The position numbers were made by a program, and so were the translations under genes. From an uncultured Ruminococcus sp. (lineage in GTDB: Bacteria; Bacillota; Clostridia; Oscillospirales; Ruminococcaceae), in assembly GCF_946187255.1 (NCBI RefSeq), contig NZ_CAMHRZ010000001.1:1-33468 (forward strand): a DNA stretch of 33,468 bases, given 5' to 3'. The notes under the pieces were generated by a model, which saw only the letters and a program-made list of their open reading frames with translations, made no database searches and was not told the origin of the DNA. This document shows, one piece after another, positions 8,120 through 17,768 of the stretch (positions are counted from its first letter, which is position 1; the number at the start of each line of letters is the position of its first letter).

Positions 8120-8518
8120 ATGGCAGACAGCACCCAAAAGCTGAAAAGCAGGATAGCGGATATAGTCCGTGAACGCAGGCTGTGCAGCTGCATGAACGAT
8201 ACAAAATGGGCTGAACTTCGGGATGCCATGATGAATGAGATGCCCTTCCCGCCGCCGTTCACGGTGAAATTCCTGACGGACGATTCTCCCTGTGCTGAGG
8301 AACATGGCTGGCATGAAGCCTACGTTTATGAGGGACTGTTCAACGGGGCTTTCGCGGTGGAATGGCTGAGGATACGACCATGCGCCCGCAAGGAGCGCGG
8401 CAGACTTATCGAGCCCGAGATCATAGATGCGGGCAGGGAGCTTAGGAAAATACTGGAAAAGTATTCCATACCTTATGAGGAAAATGACGGCGTATACTGT
8501 ATTTACGGCTATCGCTGA
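8120..8518 (+). CDS. Hypothetical protein (DUF6678-like)
   Basis: Strong RBS AAGGAGGT; MNDTKW, EWL and IYGY motifs recalled from that family. Confidence 0.7.
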   Translation: MADSTQKLKSRIADIVRERRLCSCMNDTKWAELRDAMMNEMPFPPPFTVKFLTDDSPCAEEHGWHEAYVYEGLFNGAFAVEWLRIRPCARKERGRLIEPEIIDAGRELRKILEKYSIPYEENDGVYCIYGYR

Positions 8519-8563
8519 GGAATAATATATAATAGTAACAGATGCTTGAAAGGAGCGTTAATT

Positions 8564-9814
8564 ATGGGTTATATCGATACACTGGGACAGAAGGCAAAGG
8601 CTGCGAAAGGCACCATTGCTTTTGCTTCCACAGACATGAAGAACGACGCGCTGCTGGAGATCGCACATATCCTCCGCAGCAGCAAAAAGGAGATCATGGC
8701 AGCTAATGCGGTCGATCTCGAAAACGGCAGAGCAAGGAAGATGACCGAATCTCTGCTGGACAGACTTGCACTGAACGATGCAAGGATAGAGGGTATGGCT
8801 AATGCCTGCGAAGCCCTTGCAAAGTATCCCGATCCCGTAGGCGAGGTGGTTGACGGCAGCACCAGACCCAACGGCATGAAGATCGAGCGTGTCCGCGTAC
8901 CAATGGGCGTTGTGGGAATGATATACGAGGCTCGTCCGAACGTTACCGTTGATGCGGCTATACTCAGCCTAAAAAGCGGAAATGCTGTGATACTTCGCGG
9001 CGGCAAGGAAGCTATAAACTCCAACAAGTGCCTTGCAGACCTTATGCGCACCGCTGTGAAGAGAGCGGGATTTGACCCCGATATCATACAGCTGGTAGAG
9101 GACACCGACCGCGGCATCGCACATGATATGATGACTGCCAACGACTATATAGATATCCTCGTTCCCCGCGGCGGCGCACAGCTGATAAAGGCTGTCGTTC
9201 AGACTGCTACTGTACCCGTTATCGAGACAGGCACCGGCAACTGTCATGTATACGTTGACGCTTCCGCTGACCTTAATATGGCTGTGGATATCGTTGACAA
9301 CGGTAAGACTCAGAGACCCTCTGTATGCAACGCTGTGGAGAGCTGTCTTGTTCACCGCGATGTGGCTGAAAAGTTCCTGCCCAAGCTGAAAAAGCGCCTT
9401 GACGAGCACAAGGTGGAGATACGCGGCTGTGAGATGACCAGACAGATACTGGGCGACTGTGTGATGCCCGCCGATGAGGACGACTATGCTACCGAGTTTC
9501 TGGATTATATCATAGCTATCAAGGTAGTTGATGATCTTGCGGAGGCTATCGAGCATATCACAAAGTACAGCACAGGTCATTCCGAGTGCATCGTTACCGA
9601 GAGCCTTTTCGCGGCAGAGGAATTCAAGAAGCGCATAGATGCGGCAGCGGTATACGTTAATGTATCCACACGCTTTACCGACGGCGAGATGTTCGGACTG
9701 GGCGCAGAGCTGGGTATATCCACACAGAAGCTCCACGCAAGAGGTCCTATGGGACTGCGCGAGATGACCACGACCAAGTATATCGTTACAGGAAACGGTC
9801 AGATAAGGAAATAA
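8564..9814 (+). CDS. proA: Glutamate-5-semialdehyde dehydrogenase (gamma-glutamyl phosphate reductase)
   Basis: YEARPNVT, LRGGKEA, PRGG, RPSVCNA, GISTQKLHARGPMGL; RBS GAAAGGAG before ATG 8564. Confidence 0.97.
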   Translation: MGYIDTLGQKAKAAKGTIAFASTDMKNDALLEIAHILRSSKKEIMAANAVDLENGRARKMTESLLDRLALNDARIEGMANACEALAKYPDPVGEVVDGSTRPNGMKIERVRVPMGVVGMIYEARPNVTVDAAILSLKSGNAVILRGGKEAINSNKCLADLMRTAVKRAGFDPDIIQLVEDTDRGIAHDMMTANDYIDILVPRGGAQLIKAVVQTATVPVIETGTGNCHVYVDASADLNMAVDIVDNGKTQRPSVCNAVESCLVHRDVAEKFLPKLKKRLDEHKVEIRGCEMTRQILGDCVMPADEDDYATEFLDYIIAIKVVDDLAEAIEHITKYSTGHSECIVTESLFAAEEFKKRIDAAAVYVNVSTRFTDGEMFGLGAELGISTQKLHARGPMGLREMTTTKYIVTGNGQIRK

Positions 9815-9861
9815 TATATACCATAGCAATATTCGTTCATATATCCAACATTTTTCGGCGC

Positions 9862-9890
9862 TTGACATATCGCTGAGGTCGGTATATAAT
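9862..9890 (+). promoter_or_regulatory. Consensus SigA promoter of rpe
   Basis: TTGACA-17bp-TATAAT. Confidence 0.85.
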
Positions 9891-9927
9891 TATAGGTGAA
9901 TAATATTTGCAAAAGGTCGGTGTTTAT

Positions 9928-10578
9928 ATGTATAGTCTTGTTTCGGCTTCTCTGCTCGGGTGTGATCTGGCAGACCTCAGCAGTGAGATAAAAAGCATTG
10001 AACAAGCAGGTGCTGACTGGCTTCACTGTGATGTGATGGACGGCGCCTTTGTTAACAATATCAGCTTTGGTACCCCTGTGTTGAAATGCATAAAAAAGGC
10101 GGCTTCTGTCCCGCTGGACACTCACCTTATGATAAACGATCCCATAAGATATATCGATGATTATGCACAGCTGGGCTCGGATAATATCACGTTCCATGTG
10201 GAGGCTGCAGGCGACCCGCAGTCAGTAATCGACAGGATACATTCTCACGGTATAAGTGCGGGTATATCCCTGAAGCCCGCTACCCCTGTATCGGCGGTGA
10301 AGCCTTTCCTTGAAAGCGTGGATCTGGTGCTGGTCATGACGGTCGATCCCGGCTTCGGCGGACAGAAATTCATGCCCGATACCCTTGAAAAGATCAGCGA
10401 GATACGCTATCTGCTGGACAGCATGGGCAAAAAGGATGTCCGCATAGAAGTGGATGGTGGCATCAACGGCACTACGGTGAAGTACTGCCGCGAAGCGGGT
10501 GCGGACGTTATGGTCTCAGGCTCGTATATATTCGGGGCACAGGATAGAACAGCAGCGGTGAAGTCGCTGAAGGTCTGA
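9928..10578 (+). CDS. rpe: Ribulose-phosphate 3-epimerase
   Basis: HCDVMDGAFV, DTHLM, MTVDPGFGGQKF, VDGGI. Confidence 0.96.
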   Translation: MYSLVSASLLGCDLADLSSEIKSIEQAGADWLHCDVMDGAFVNNISFGTPVLKCIKKAASVPLDTHLMINDPIRYIDDYAQLGSDNITFHVEAAGDPQSVIDRIHSHGISAGISLKPATPVSAVKPFLESVDLVLVMTVDPGFGGQKFMPDTLEKISEIRYLLDSMGKKDVRIEVDGGINGTTVKYCREAGADVMVSGSYIFGAQDRTAAVKSLKV

Positions 10579-10588
10579 CAGAAAATAC

Positions 10589-10626
10589 GACCGATCGCAG
10601 GCATCGCTCTGCGGTCGGTCTTTGTA
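10589..10626 (+). terminator. Probable intrinsic terminator after rpe
   Basis: GACCGATCGCAG / CTGCGGTCGGTC stem followed by TTTGTA (weak tail). Confidence 0.6.
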
Positions 10627-10668
10627 TACTGAAGAGAGATAAAGCATCTTTTGACGGAGGTGACAAAT

Positions 10669-11844
10669 ATGGCAAATATCCTGGATTATCTGGACTGGAG
10701 GGGCGACCTGCCGTTTTCGGCGGCACCGTTCAATGAGGTGGACGCTCTGATACTGGCGGAGCTTAGCTATTTCCCCGCTGAGGGCATAGTGCCTGCGGAT
10801 ATTACCGAAAGTATAAGCATATCGGAGATGCGCAGCCGCTTTGATGCTGACAAGGTACCCGCCGAGAAACGTATAGTCAGCTTTGAGCAGGATATCCAGC
10901 TGATGAACAAGCTGGCTGATTCACGCAGATTTGACAGCATGAAGCTGACAGGATATGTAAACCATATCGACCCTGCAAAGGACTTGCAGTTCGCAGCAAT
11001 GACCTTTATCTTCGATAAATTCACCTTTGTGGCTTTTCGCGGGACGGACAGCACCATCACGGGCTGGAAAGAGGACTGCAATATCAGCTTCATGCAGGAG
11101 ACCGCTTCACAGCGTATGGCGGTGGACTACATCACAGAGAATTTCGGCGGCGGTGATGATGTGCTGGTCTTCGGCGGGCACTCCAAAGGCGGAAATCTCG
11201 GGGTATACGCGGCGGCATTCTGCGATGGCAGCATAAAAAAGCGCATAAGGGCAGTGTTCGCCTTTGACAGTCCCGGCTTTGTGGAGGAAGTGGCTGCTTC
11301 GGAGGAGTACCTGTCTGTCACAAAGAAGATATTCAGCATGATACCACAGTCCTCGCTGGTGGGACAGCTGCTTTCGGGCAGTGCGGAACCGCGCATAGTA
11401 AAAAGCAGTGCGGGCGGCATAATGCAGCATCTCGCCTTCACATGGCAGGTGACGCGAAACAGCTTCGACTACGCGGAGGAGCTTTCAAAACTGGGTGTAC
11501 TCATCAACAAGACGATGACGGGCTGGGTATCCTCACTGGACGAAAGCGAACGGCAAAGCTTCGTGGAAGCGGTATTCACGGTGCTGGAGGCCGCGGAGAG
11601 CGAAACGATAAACGAGATAAACAGCAACAAGCGCAAGTCCTTTGCGGCTATACTCAAAGCGCTGAAAAAGCTGCCTGCCGAAAAGCGTGCCGCCGCCAAA
11701 AAAGCCCTCTCCCAGCTGGCGACCTACGGCAAAAAGGCTCTTATATCGGGGCTTGAGGAGGAGCTTGCCGACAAAGAGCTCCCCAAGCTGCCCAGACTGC
11801 CCGACACAGCAGGACTTATCGGGGCGAAAAAAACGGAAAGCTGA
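10669..11844 (+). CDS. DUF2974 (Mbeg1-like) alpha/beta hydrolase
   Basis: DYLDWRGD, FNEVD, AFRGTD, nucleophile motif GHSKGG, FDSPGF; RBS GGAGG. Confidence 0.9.
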   Translation: MANILDYLDWRGDLPFSAAPFNEVDALILAELSYFPAEGIVPADITESISISEMRSRFDADKVPAEKRIVSFEQDIQLMNKLADSRRFDSMKLTGYVNHIDPAKDLQFAAMTFIFDKFTFVAFRGTDSTITGWKEDCNISFMQETASQRMAVDYITENFGGGDDVLVFGGHSKGGNLGVYAAAFCDGSIKKRIRAVFAFDSPGFVEEVAASEEYLSVTKKIFSMIPQSSLVGQLLSGSAEPRIVKSSAGGIMQHLAFTWQVTRNSFDYAEELSKLGVLINKTMTGWVSSLDESERQSFVEAVFTVLEAAESETINEINSNKRKSFAAILKALKKLPAEKRAAAKKALSQLATYGKKALISGLEEELADKELPKLPRLPDTAGLIGAKKTES

Positions 11845-11845
11845 C

Positions 11846-11884
11846 AAAAACACCTCTGCACGGGATTTGCAGAGGTGTTTTTTT
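11846..11884. terminator. Bidirectional intrinsic terminator
   Basis: AAAAA-CACCTCTGCA...TGCAGAGGTG-TTTTTTT between convergent genes. Confidence 0.85.
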
Positions 11885-11907
11885 GGGTATATGAAGTTAT
11901 TTTAGGG

Positions 11908-13386
11908 TTATTTCAGAGTTATCTCTACTACCGAGCAGGCAGGCAGTGATACTGTCAGCTTGCCGCCATCCAGCTTGACATCGCAGGGCTTGATGACTAC
12001 CTTTTCCGGTTCATCAAATGTGTTGTGCGCATGAACATCGCCTGTGAGTATGTTCGCTGCTGCTTCCTTTGCATCAAAGTTGCAGATATCACAGCTCATC
12101 TCCGCATCCTCATCCATCGAGCAGTTTGCGAGAGTTATGGTCATCACGCCGTCCTTTACGGAAGCGGAGGAGGATATCATGGGCACCCACTTGCCCTCAC
12201 AGCAGTTCACATTATCGGTGTGGCAGTATACACATTCAGCATCCTGATGTGCCTTGAACATATCGAATACATGGTATGTGGGGGTCTTTATCAGTTTTTC
12301 GCCTTCGGTGAGGATTATCGCCTGCAGCACGTTGACTACCTGTGCGATATTTGCCATGACTACGCGCTTGCAGTGGCGGTTGAATATATTCAGCTGCATT
12401 GCCGCAACGATAGCATCACGCATGGTGTTCTGCTGATAGAGAAATCCGGGATTTGTGCCCGGCTCCACATTGAACCAGTTGCCCCATTCGTCCATGATAA
12501 GACCTATCTTGTTATCGGGGTCGTAGCGGTTCATTATCTCGGTGTGACGGGTCAGCATAACGTCAACGTAGTTCGCAAGGTTGAGTATGGTATAATAATC
12601 ATTGGCATCAAATTCGGTGGAAGAGCCCTTGTCTACCCAGTTGGGCACGTTGTATGCATGGAAGGATATGCCCTTTACCTGGTCGGGATTGAGGTTCTTC
12701 ATCAGCACCTGTGTCCAGTTGTGCCAGTCCTCTCCGCCGCCTCCGGGACCACAGGCTACCTTGTAGAGCTCATTGCCGCTGTAATTCTTGCAGTAGCTCT
12801 GGTACTGCCTGTACTGGTCGAGATAGTACTCGGGACGCATATTTCCGCCGCAGCCCCAGTTCTCGTTGCCTATGCCGAAGTATTTCAGCTTCCAGGGCTT
12901 TTCTCTGCCGTTCTTTCTTCTCAGTTCAGCCATAGGGGATATGCCATCAAAGGTCATATACTCTATCCATTCAGCCATCTCCTGAACACTGCCGCTGCCC
13001 ACATTACCCGAGATATAAGGCTCACAGCCTACCAGTTCGCAAAGCTCCATAAACTCGTGGGTACCGAAGCTGTTGTCCTCAACGACACCGCCCCAGTTGG
13101 TATTTACCATCTTTTTCCTGGTGGACTTATCACCTATGCCGTCCTTCCAGTGGTATTCATCCGCAAAGCATCCGCCGGGCCAGCGCAGTACGGGCATCTT
13201 TATCTGCTTGAATGCCTCGATGACATCCTTTCTGATACCGTGTATATTGGGTATGGAAGAATCCTCGCCCACATAGATACCTCCGTAGATACATCTTCCC
13301 AGATGCTCGGAGAAATGTCCGTATATCTCACGGTTGATATGACCTGTCTTGTCATTGGCGTTGACAAGCATCTTAAAATTTTTCAT
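11908..13386 (-). CDS. Alpha-L-arabinofuranosidase, GH51 (no signal peptide seen)
   Basis: [26 protein letters not shown] (acid/base), MDEWG (nucleophile), MANIAQ; RBS GGAGG before ATG 13386. Confidence 0.95.
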   Translation of the reverse strand: MKNFKMLVNANDKTGHINREIYGHFSEHLGRCIYGGIYVGEDSSIPNIHGIRKDVIEAFKQIKMPVLRWPGGCFADEYHWKDGIGDKSTRKKMVNTNWGGVVEDNSFGTHEFMELCELVGCEPYISGNVGSGSVQEMAEWIEYMTFDGISPMAELRRKNGREKPWKLKYFGIGNENWGCGGNMRPEYYLDQYRQYQSYCKNYSGNELYKVACGPGGGGEDWHNWTQVLMKNLNPDQVKGISFHAYNVPNWVDKGSSTEFDANDYYTILNLANYVDVMLTRHTEIMNRYDPDNKIGLIMDEWGNWFNVEPGTNPGFLYQQNTMRDAIVAAMQLNIFNRHCKRVVMANIAQVVNVLQAIILTEGEKLIKTPTYHVFDMFKAHQDAECVYCHTDNVNCCEGKWVPMISSSASVKDGVMTITLANCSMDEDAEMSCDICNFDAKEAAANILTGDVHAHNTFDEPEKVVIKPCDVKLDGGKLTVSLPACSVVEITLK

Positions 13387-13452
13387 GTCGGTATACCTCC
13401 TGTATTTTTGTATTTCACGTTCTTCCGCACAGTGTGCGGCTACAGTAATTTC

Positions 13453-13492
13453 AATATAACATATTGACAAATAAAGTTCAATGACGTATAAT
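13453..13492. promoter_or_regulatory. Overlapping divergent SigA promoters (GH51 gene and AraC gene)
   Basis: Plus: TTGACA(13464)-17-TATAAT(13492). Minus: TTGAAC(13481)-17-TATATT(13453) with TG extension. Confidence 0.75.
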
Positions 13493-13547
13493 ATTTTTGT
13501 ACTTACTTATCCTACGATTTGTATCATACACAAAGGGGGCGGGAAAG

Positions 13548-14336
13548 ATGTTCAGACTGCATAATATAGGACTTGATATGCATCACAGCGCGGATTTTTC
13601 AATAGAGCGTCCAGGCGGTTCGGGGGACTGCTTACTAATCATATTCAAGACCGATGCACTGCTGACCCTTGACGGTGCCAGCATAACTGTCCCGCCTGAC
13701 AGTGCGTTCATATACAGCGAAGGCAGCCCGCAGTATTATCGTGCGATATGCGGCAGCTATGTCAATCACTTTCTGCATTTCGGCATGGAGGAGGGCGACG
13801 CTGACAGCCGCATACTTTTTGACAGACTGCTTTTCCCCCGCAGGGCAGGCGATGCGGAGGAACTGCTGCGCATACTCAGCCGCGAGCAGCTTTCCACATC
13901 GCCAAACAAGGATGAATACTCATCTATGCTGATAAAACTGCTGCTGCTGAAAGTATCCGAGCAGTCGGATGAGATGCACAGCACACAGCTGAACCCTCAT
14001 GCGGAACTGCTGGACGGACTGCGGGCGGATATATACTCAAATCCCGGACAGTTCACATCAGTGGCACAGCTGGCGGAGCGTGTCAGCCTGAGCCCTTCGC
14101 ATTTTCAGCAGCTTTATCGCGGGCGTTTCGGGGTCAGCTGCTATGAGGATCTGCTTTCGGCAAAGATAAGGACAGCACAGTATTATCTGTCGTCCACGGC
14201 GCTGACAGTGCGAGAGATCGCCAACCTTTGCGGGTATGAGAACGAGGTGTGCTTCATGCACCGTTTCAAGGAGCGCACAGGCACAGCACCGGGTGCATAC
14301 CGCAAAATGATATGCGAGGGCGCAAAGTATGGATAG
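13548..14336 (+). CDS. AraC-family transcriptional regulator
   Basis: N-terminal cupin-like domain; C-terminal double HTH (LSPSHF, IANLCGY, FKERTGTAPGAYR). Confidence 0.93.
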   Translation: MFRLHNIGLDMHHSADFSIERPGGSGDCLLIIFKTDALLTLDGASITVPPDSAFIYSEGSPQYYRAICGSYVNHFLHFGMEEGDADSRILFDRLLFPRRAGDAEELLRILSREQLSTSPNKDEYSSMLIKLLLLKVSEQSDEMHSTQLNPHAELLDGLRADIYSNPGQFTSVAQLAERVSLSPSHFQQLYRGRFGVSCYEDLLSAKIRTAQYYLSSTALTVREIANLCGYENEVCFMHRFKERTGTAPGAYRKMICEGAKYG

Positions 14337-15051
14337 AGCGGCATTCGAGCAGGCGCGTAAAAAGATCACGGGCGACCGTGTCCGTTCGGGGATAGGCACG
14401 CTGGGAGAAAAGACAGTCCATGCTGTACTTAAAGAATACTACGGCGGCGGAGATGAGAGCAAGGAGATCGCTGTGGGCGGCTTTGTGGCGGATGTTGTGT
14501 GCGAGGACGGCATAGTAGAGATACAGACGAGGGCGCTTTACCGCCTTGACCGCAAGCTGACGGCACTGCTGCCCCTTTGCAGGGTGACGGTGGTATACCC
14601 CGTTGAGCAGGAAAAGTATCTGCTGACCATAGACCCCGACAGCGGCGAACTGCTTTCGCGGCGGAAGTCCCCGAAAAAAATGGGGGTATGGCACGGGATA
14701 GCAGAGCTTTACAGCATACGAGGGCACCTGACGGACGAAAACCTCACGGTGAGACTGCCGCTGCTGACGGTGGAGGAAACAAGGCTGCCTGCGGCGGGAC
14801 GGTACAAGCGGGCTAAAAAGCTGGACAAGCTGCCGCTTTCCATAACGGACGAGCCCGTACTTCACGGAGCGGAGGATTATGCCGCACTGCTGCCCGAGGG
14901 TCTTCCCGACAAATTCACGGCGGCGGAGATGGCAAAGCTGTGCAGGATAAATGCCGAGACTGCGCGCAAATGTATCGGCACTCTCCGTGCGGCGGGCGTG
15001 CTGCGAGAATGCGGGAAGCGCGGGCGCTGCAAGCTGTGGGAGAAACTTTGA
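14329..15051 (+). CDS. Hypothetical protein with PD-(D/E)XK-like nuclease motif and C-terminal winged helix
   Basis: E-K-x-x-H helix; E...AD-x7-EIQT motif; FTAAEMAK...RGR HTH-like tail; overlaps the AraC stop by 8 nt. Confidence 0.7.
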   Translation: MDRAAFEQARKKITGDRVRSGIGTLGEKTVHAVLKEYYGGGDESKEIAVGGFVADVVCEDGIVEIQTRALYRLDRKLTALLPLCRVTVVYPVEQEKYLLTIDPDSGELLSRRKSPKKMGVWHGIAELYSIRGHLTDENLTVRLPLLTVEETRLPAAGRYKRAKKLDKLPLSITDEPVLHGAEDYAALLPEGLPDKFTAAEMAKLCRINAETARKCIGTLRAAGVLRECGKRGRCKLWEKL

Positions 15052-15092
15052 AGACGGACGGGTATTAGCCGAACAAAAAAGGAGGTCAAACA

Positions 15093-16784
15093 ATGAGAAG
15101 AATAATGTGTGCAGCGGCGGCTGTGATAATGGTATTTGCGGCAGCAGGCTGCGCGGGTGACAGTTCTGCGGGCGGCGCAAACAAAACTTCAGACAGCGCT
15201 TCGGAGGATAACGGCGGAAAGAAGTCATCTTCCGACAAGAAAGCCAAGTCTTCGGGAGATGATGACAACAGCGTGGATGCACCGACAGCCGACACAGAAC
15301 CGACTGCGGGCATAAAGACTATCTCGATAGAGACAGATGACTGCGGACAGAAGGGCGCGATGGAATTCGTGACCGAACCTGTGGCGCTCCATGTGTCCGA
15401 ACAGATAGCAAGCTGGACCCCCGGCTATGTCATGCCCCCCGAGCCGTTCGCTAAGGAATGCACCGTTACCCTTTATGACGAGGAAGCAAAGCCCGTCAGC
15501 GACGTACTCACCGCAAGTGTCAAGGTGCGCGGCAACTGGACGACCACCTATGACAAAAAGCCTTTGCGCATAAAGTTCGATGACAAGCAGTCCGTTTTCG
15601 GGCTGAACGACGGAGCAGAAAAGAAGAACTGGCTGCTGCTGGCTGAATACAAGGACGGCTCCATGCTGCGCGACAAGGCGGCTTTGCAGATGTCAAGGGC
15701 GATACTGGATGAGGACGGGCTGTATGCTTCGGATGCGGAGCTTGTCGATGTTATCATAAATGGCGAATACTGGGGCGTTTACCTGCTTTGCGAGCAGCAG
15801 GAGGTAAGCAGTGACAGGGTAGATATAACCAAGCCCGAAGATAACTACACGGGCACGGATATAGGCTATTTCATGGAGTTTGACGGATACTTCTACAACG
15901 AGGACGATCTGCACCAGTTCAAGATGAAGTACAACGGCAACGCACCCCTCAAGCCCTACGACGGCAATGACGGCAGCGGCAAAACGATGAAGGTACTGGG
16001 CAGCGGTATGTGGGATCCCAAGAAGGAGATCGGGATGTCCATAAAGAGCGATATAAACTGTGAGGAGCAGCACGACTTCATCGAGAACTTCACCAACGGC
16101 GTATACGACATAATGTATCACGCCGCCTACGACAACGAGGCGTGGGAGTTCAACGACAGCTATTCAAAGATAAGCAGATCCAAAAAGCTGACCCCGCAGG
16201 AAGCTGTGGAAAAGGTAGTGAACGTGGAGTCGCTGGCGGATATGTACATAATCAGCGAGATGACCTGCGATGCTGATATTTACTGGTCCAGCTTTTTCAT
16301 GGATGCGGATTTCGGTGAGGGAGGCGACAAAAAGCTGACCTTTGAAGCTCCCTGGGATTTCGATTCGGGACTGGGCAACAAGGACAGGTGTGCTGACGGC
16401 ACGGGCTACTATGCGGCGAATATAGTCCCCGATGTCAACGGAGGCCCTCAGGGCAACGGAATGTACGAGACTATAAATCCCTGGCTGGCTGTGCTGATGT
16501 ATGAGGACTGGTTCCAAGATATAATAAAGGAAAAGTGGACAGCCGCATACGATTCGGGCGTGTTCACCGATGCCGTAAACACGGTGGAGAACGACAAGAC
16601 TCAGCTGAAAGACGCTTTCGAGCGGAACTACGCCCGCTGGGACAATCTGGTACACAACGAGGAGATCGCAAGCGAGCTTTCGCCCAAAGCAGGCAAATGC
16701 AAAACACATGAAGAAGCGGCGGACTATCTCTCCGAATGGCTGACCGCAAGGACAGAGTTCATGAACGGAGAATGGCACAAATAA
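15093..16784 (+). CDS. CotH kinase-family lipoprotein
   Basis: Signal peptide ending AAGC, Ser/Asp/Lys linker, KVRGN, KKPLRIKF, INGEYWGVYLLCE, PWDFD; RBS AAGGAGG. Confidence 0.88.
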   Translation: MRRIMCAAAAVIMVFAAAGCAGDSSAGGANKTSDSASEDNGGKKSSSDKKAKSSGDDDNSVDAPTADTEPTAGIKTISIETDDCGQKGAMEFVTEPVALHVSEQIASWTPGYVMPPEPFAKECTVTLYDEEAKPVSDVLTASVKVRGNWTTTYDKKPLRIKFDDKQSVFGLNDGAEKKNWLLLAEYKDGSMLRDKAALQMSRAILDEDGLYASDAELVDVIINGEYWGVYLLCEQQEVSSDRVDITKPEDNYTGTDIGYFMEFDGYFYNEDDLHQFKMKYNGNAPLKPYDGNDGSGKTMKVLGSGMWDPKKEIGMSIKSDINCEEQHDFIENFTNGVYDIMYHAAYDNEAWEFNDSYSKISRSKKLTPQEAVEKVVNVESLADMYIISEMTCDADIYWSSFFMDADFGEGGDKKLTFEAPWDFDSGLGNKDRCADGTGYYAANIVPDVNGGPQGNGMYETINPWLAVLMYEDWFQDIIKEKWTAAYDSGVFTDAVNTVENDKTQLKDAFERNYARWDNLVHNEEIASELSPKAGKCKTHEEAADYLSEWLTARTEFMNGEWHK

Positions 16785-16802
16785 CAAATACATGATATAC
16801 GG

Positions 16803-16844
16803 CGGGCTGTTCGCACAAATCAGTGCGGACAGCTCGTTTTTTTT
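16803..16844 (+). terminator. Intrinsic terminator after the CotH gene
   Basis: 14-bp stem CGGGCTGTTCGCAC/GTGCGGACAGCTCG followed by T8. Confidence 0.85.
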
Positions 16845-16854
16845 GCGTCTATGT

Positions 16855-16895
16855 AAAATACCTCCTCGACGGAGATCACCGCAGGGGAGGTATTT
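16855..16895 (-). terminator. Probable terminator of the cotJ operon
   Basis: AAATACCTCCT...GGGGAGGTATTT inverted repeat just past the cotJC stop. Confidence 0.6.
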
Positions 16896-16905
16896 CTGCT
16901 GTTAT

Positions 16906-17505
16906 CTACTTTTTGTCGAAGGAAGGGTTGAATGCGTAGAAATTCTTGCTGTCCAGCATATCGGTAACGAGACGCAGGCTCTCACCGAAGCGCTGATAGT
17001 GGACTATCTCCCTCTCGCGCAGGAACTTAATGGGTTCGCGCACGTCGGGGTCGTCTGTCAGGCGCAGGATATTGTCATAGGTGGTGCGTGCTTTCTGCTC
17101 CGCCGCCAGATCCTCATTGAGGTCGGTCACAGGGTCGCCCTTGCTTTGGAAATAATCCGCAGTAAAGGGCACTCCAGATGCGGCTATCGGGTACACGCCT
17201 GTGGTATGATCGACAAAATAGGTGTCAAAGCCGCTCTCCTTTATCTCCTTCATGGAAAGCCCGCGAGTCAGCTGGTATATGATAGCGCTGATCATTTCCA
17301 TGTGTGCCAGTTCTTCGGTGCCTATATCCGTAAGCATCGCCTGTACCTCCCTGCACGGCGCGGCGTAGCGCTGGTTCAGATACCGCAGGGATGCACCGAG
17401 CTCCCCGTCAGGACCGCCCAGCTGGCTCACTATCACCTTAGCGAGGGCGGGATTTGGTTCCTTGATGTTTACGGGATACTGCAATTTCTTTTCATACTGC
17501 CACAT
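16906..17505 (-). CDS. cotJC: Spore coat protein CotJC (manganese catalase family)
   Basis: MWQYEKKLQYPV, GGPDGEL, DIGTEELAH, AAEQKAR, REIVHYQRF. Confidence 0.95.
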   Translation of the reverse strand: MWQYEKKLQYPVNIKEPNPALAKVIVSQLGGPDGELGASLRYLNQRYAAPCREVQAMLTDIGTEELAHMEMISAIIYQLTRGLSMKEIKESGFDTYFVDHTTGVYPIAASGVPFTADYFQSKGDPVTDLNEDLAAEQKARTTYDNILRLTDDPDVREPIKFLREREIVHYQRFGESLRLVTDMLDSKNFYAFNPSFDKK

Positions 17506-17768
17506 CAGTTCTCACCCCTTTCCCAAGGGAAGGGATGCTGTACCCATTCCCATTTCTTTGTGCCCTCCGACTGTACCGCCGTCAGATGGCCGTATTTCTC
17601 GGTGTATTCCTTTTCAATAGCATCCTTTTCCGCCTTGTGCTTTCTGAAATACTCCAGCCCCATCTGACAGGTCGGGTGACTGTCAAGGTAGAGATTAGCT
17701 TCCGCCAGTGCAAAACAGCTCTGCTGTAAGCGGCGCAGCAGCTTCTGCTTGTCATTCAGTACGGGCAT
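17505..17768 (-). CDS. cotJB: Spore coat protein CotJB
   Basis: LYLDSHP, YGHL and WEWVQHPFPWE motifs. Confidence 0.93.
   Translation of the reverse strand: MPVLNDKQKLLRRLQQSCFALAEANLYLDSHPTCQMGLEYFRKHKAEKDAIEKEYTEKYGHLTAVQSEGTKKWEWVQHPFPWERGEN

Noticed and set aside
8510-9878. 11-mers TATCGCTGAGG (8510, 9868) and AATAATATATA (8521, 9810) on both sides of proA as an insertion scar
   Set aside because: Many 11-bp matches are expected by chance in 33 kb. Their order is swapped, so they do not form a target-site duplication, and one is low complexity.
12025-13467. 480-aa plus-strand ORF opposite the GH51 gene
   Set aside because: Codon-register antisense shadow of a biased gene, with no RBS or domain signature.
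14266-15282. 338-aa minus-strand ORF
   Set aside because: Antisense to three plausible plus-strand genes, with atypical composition.
16792-17667. 291-aa plus-strand ORF opposite cotJC/cotJB
   Set aside because: It runs through a strong terminator and is antisense to conserved cotJ genes.
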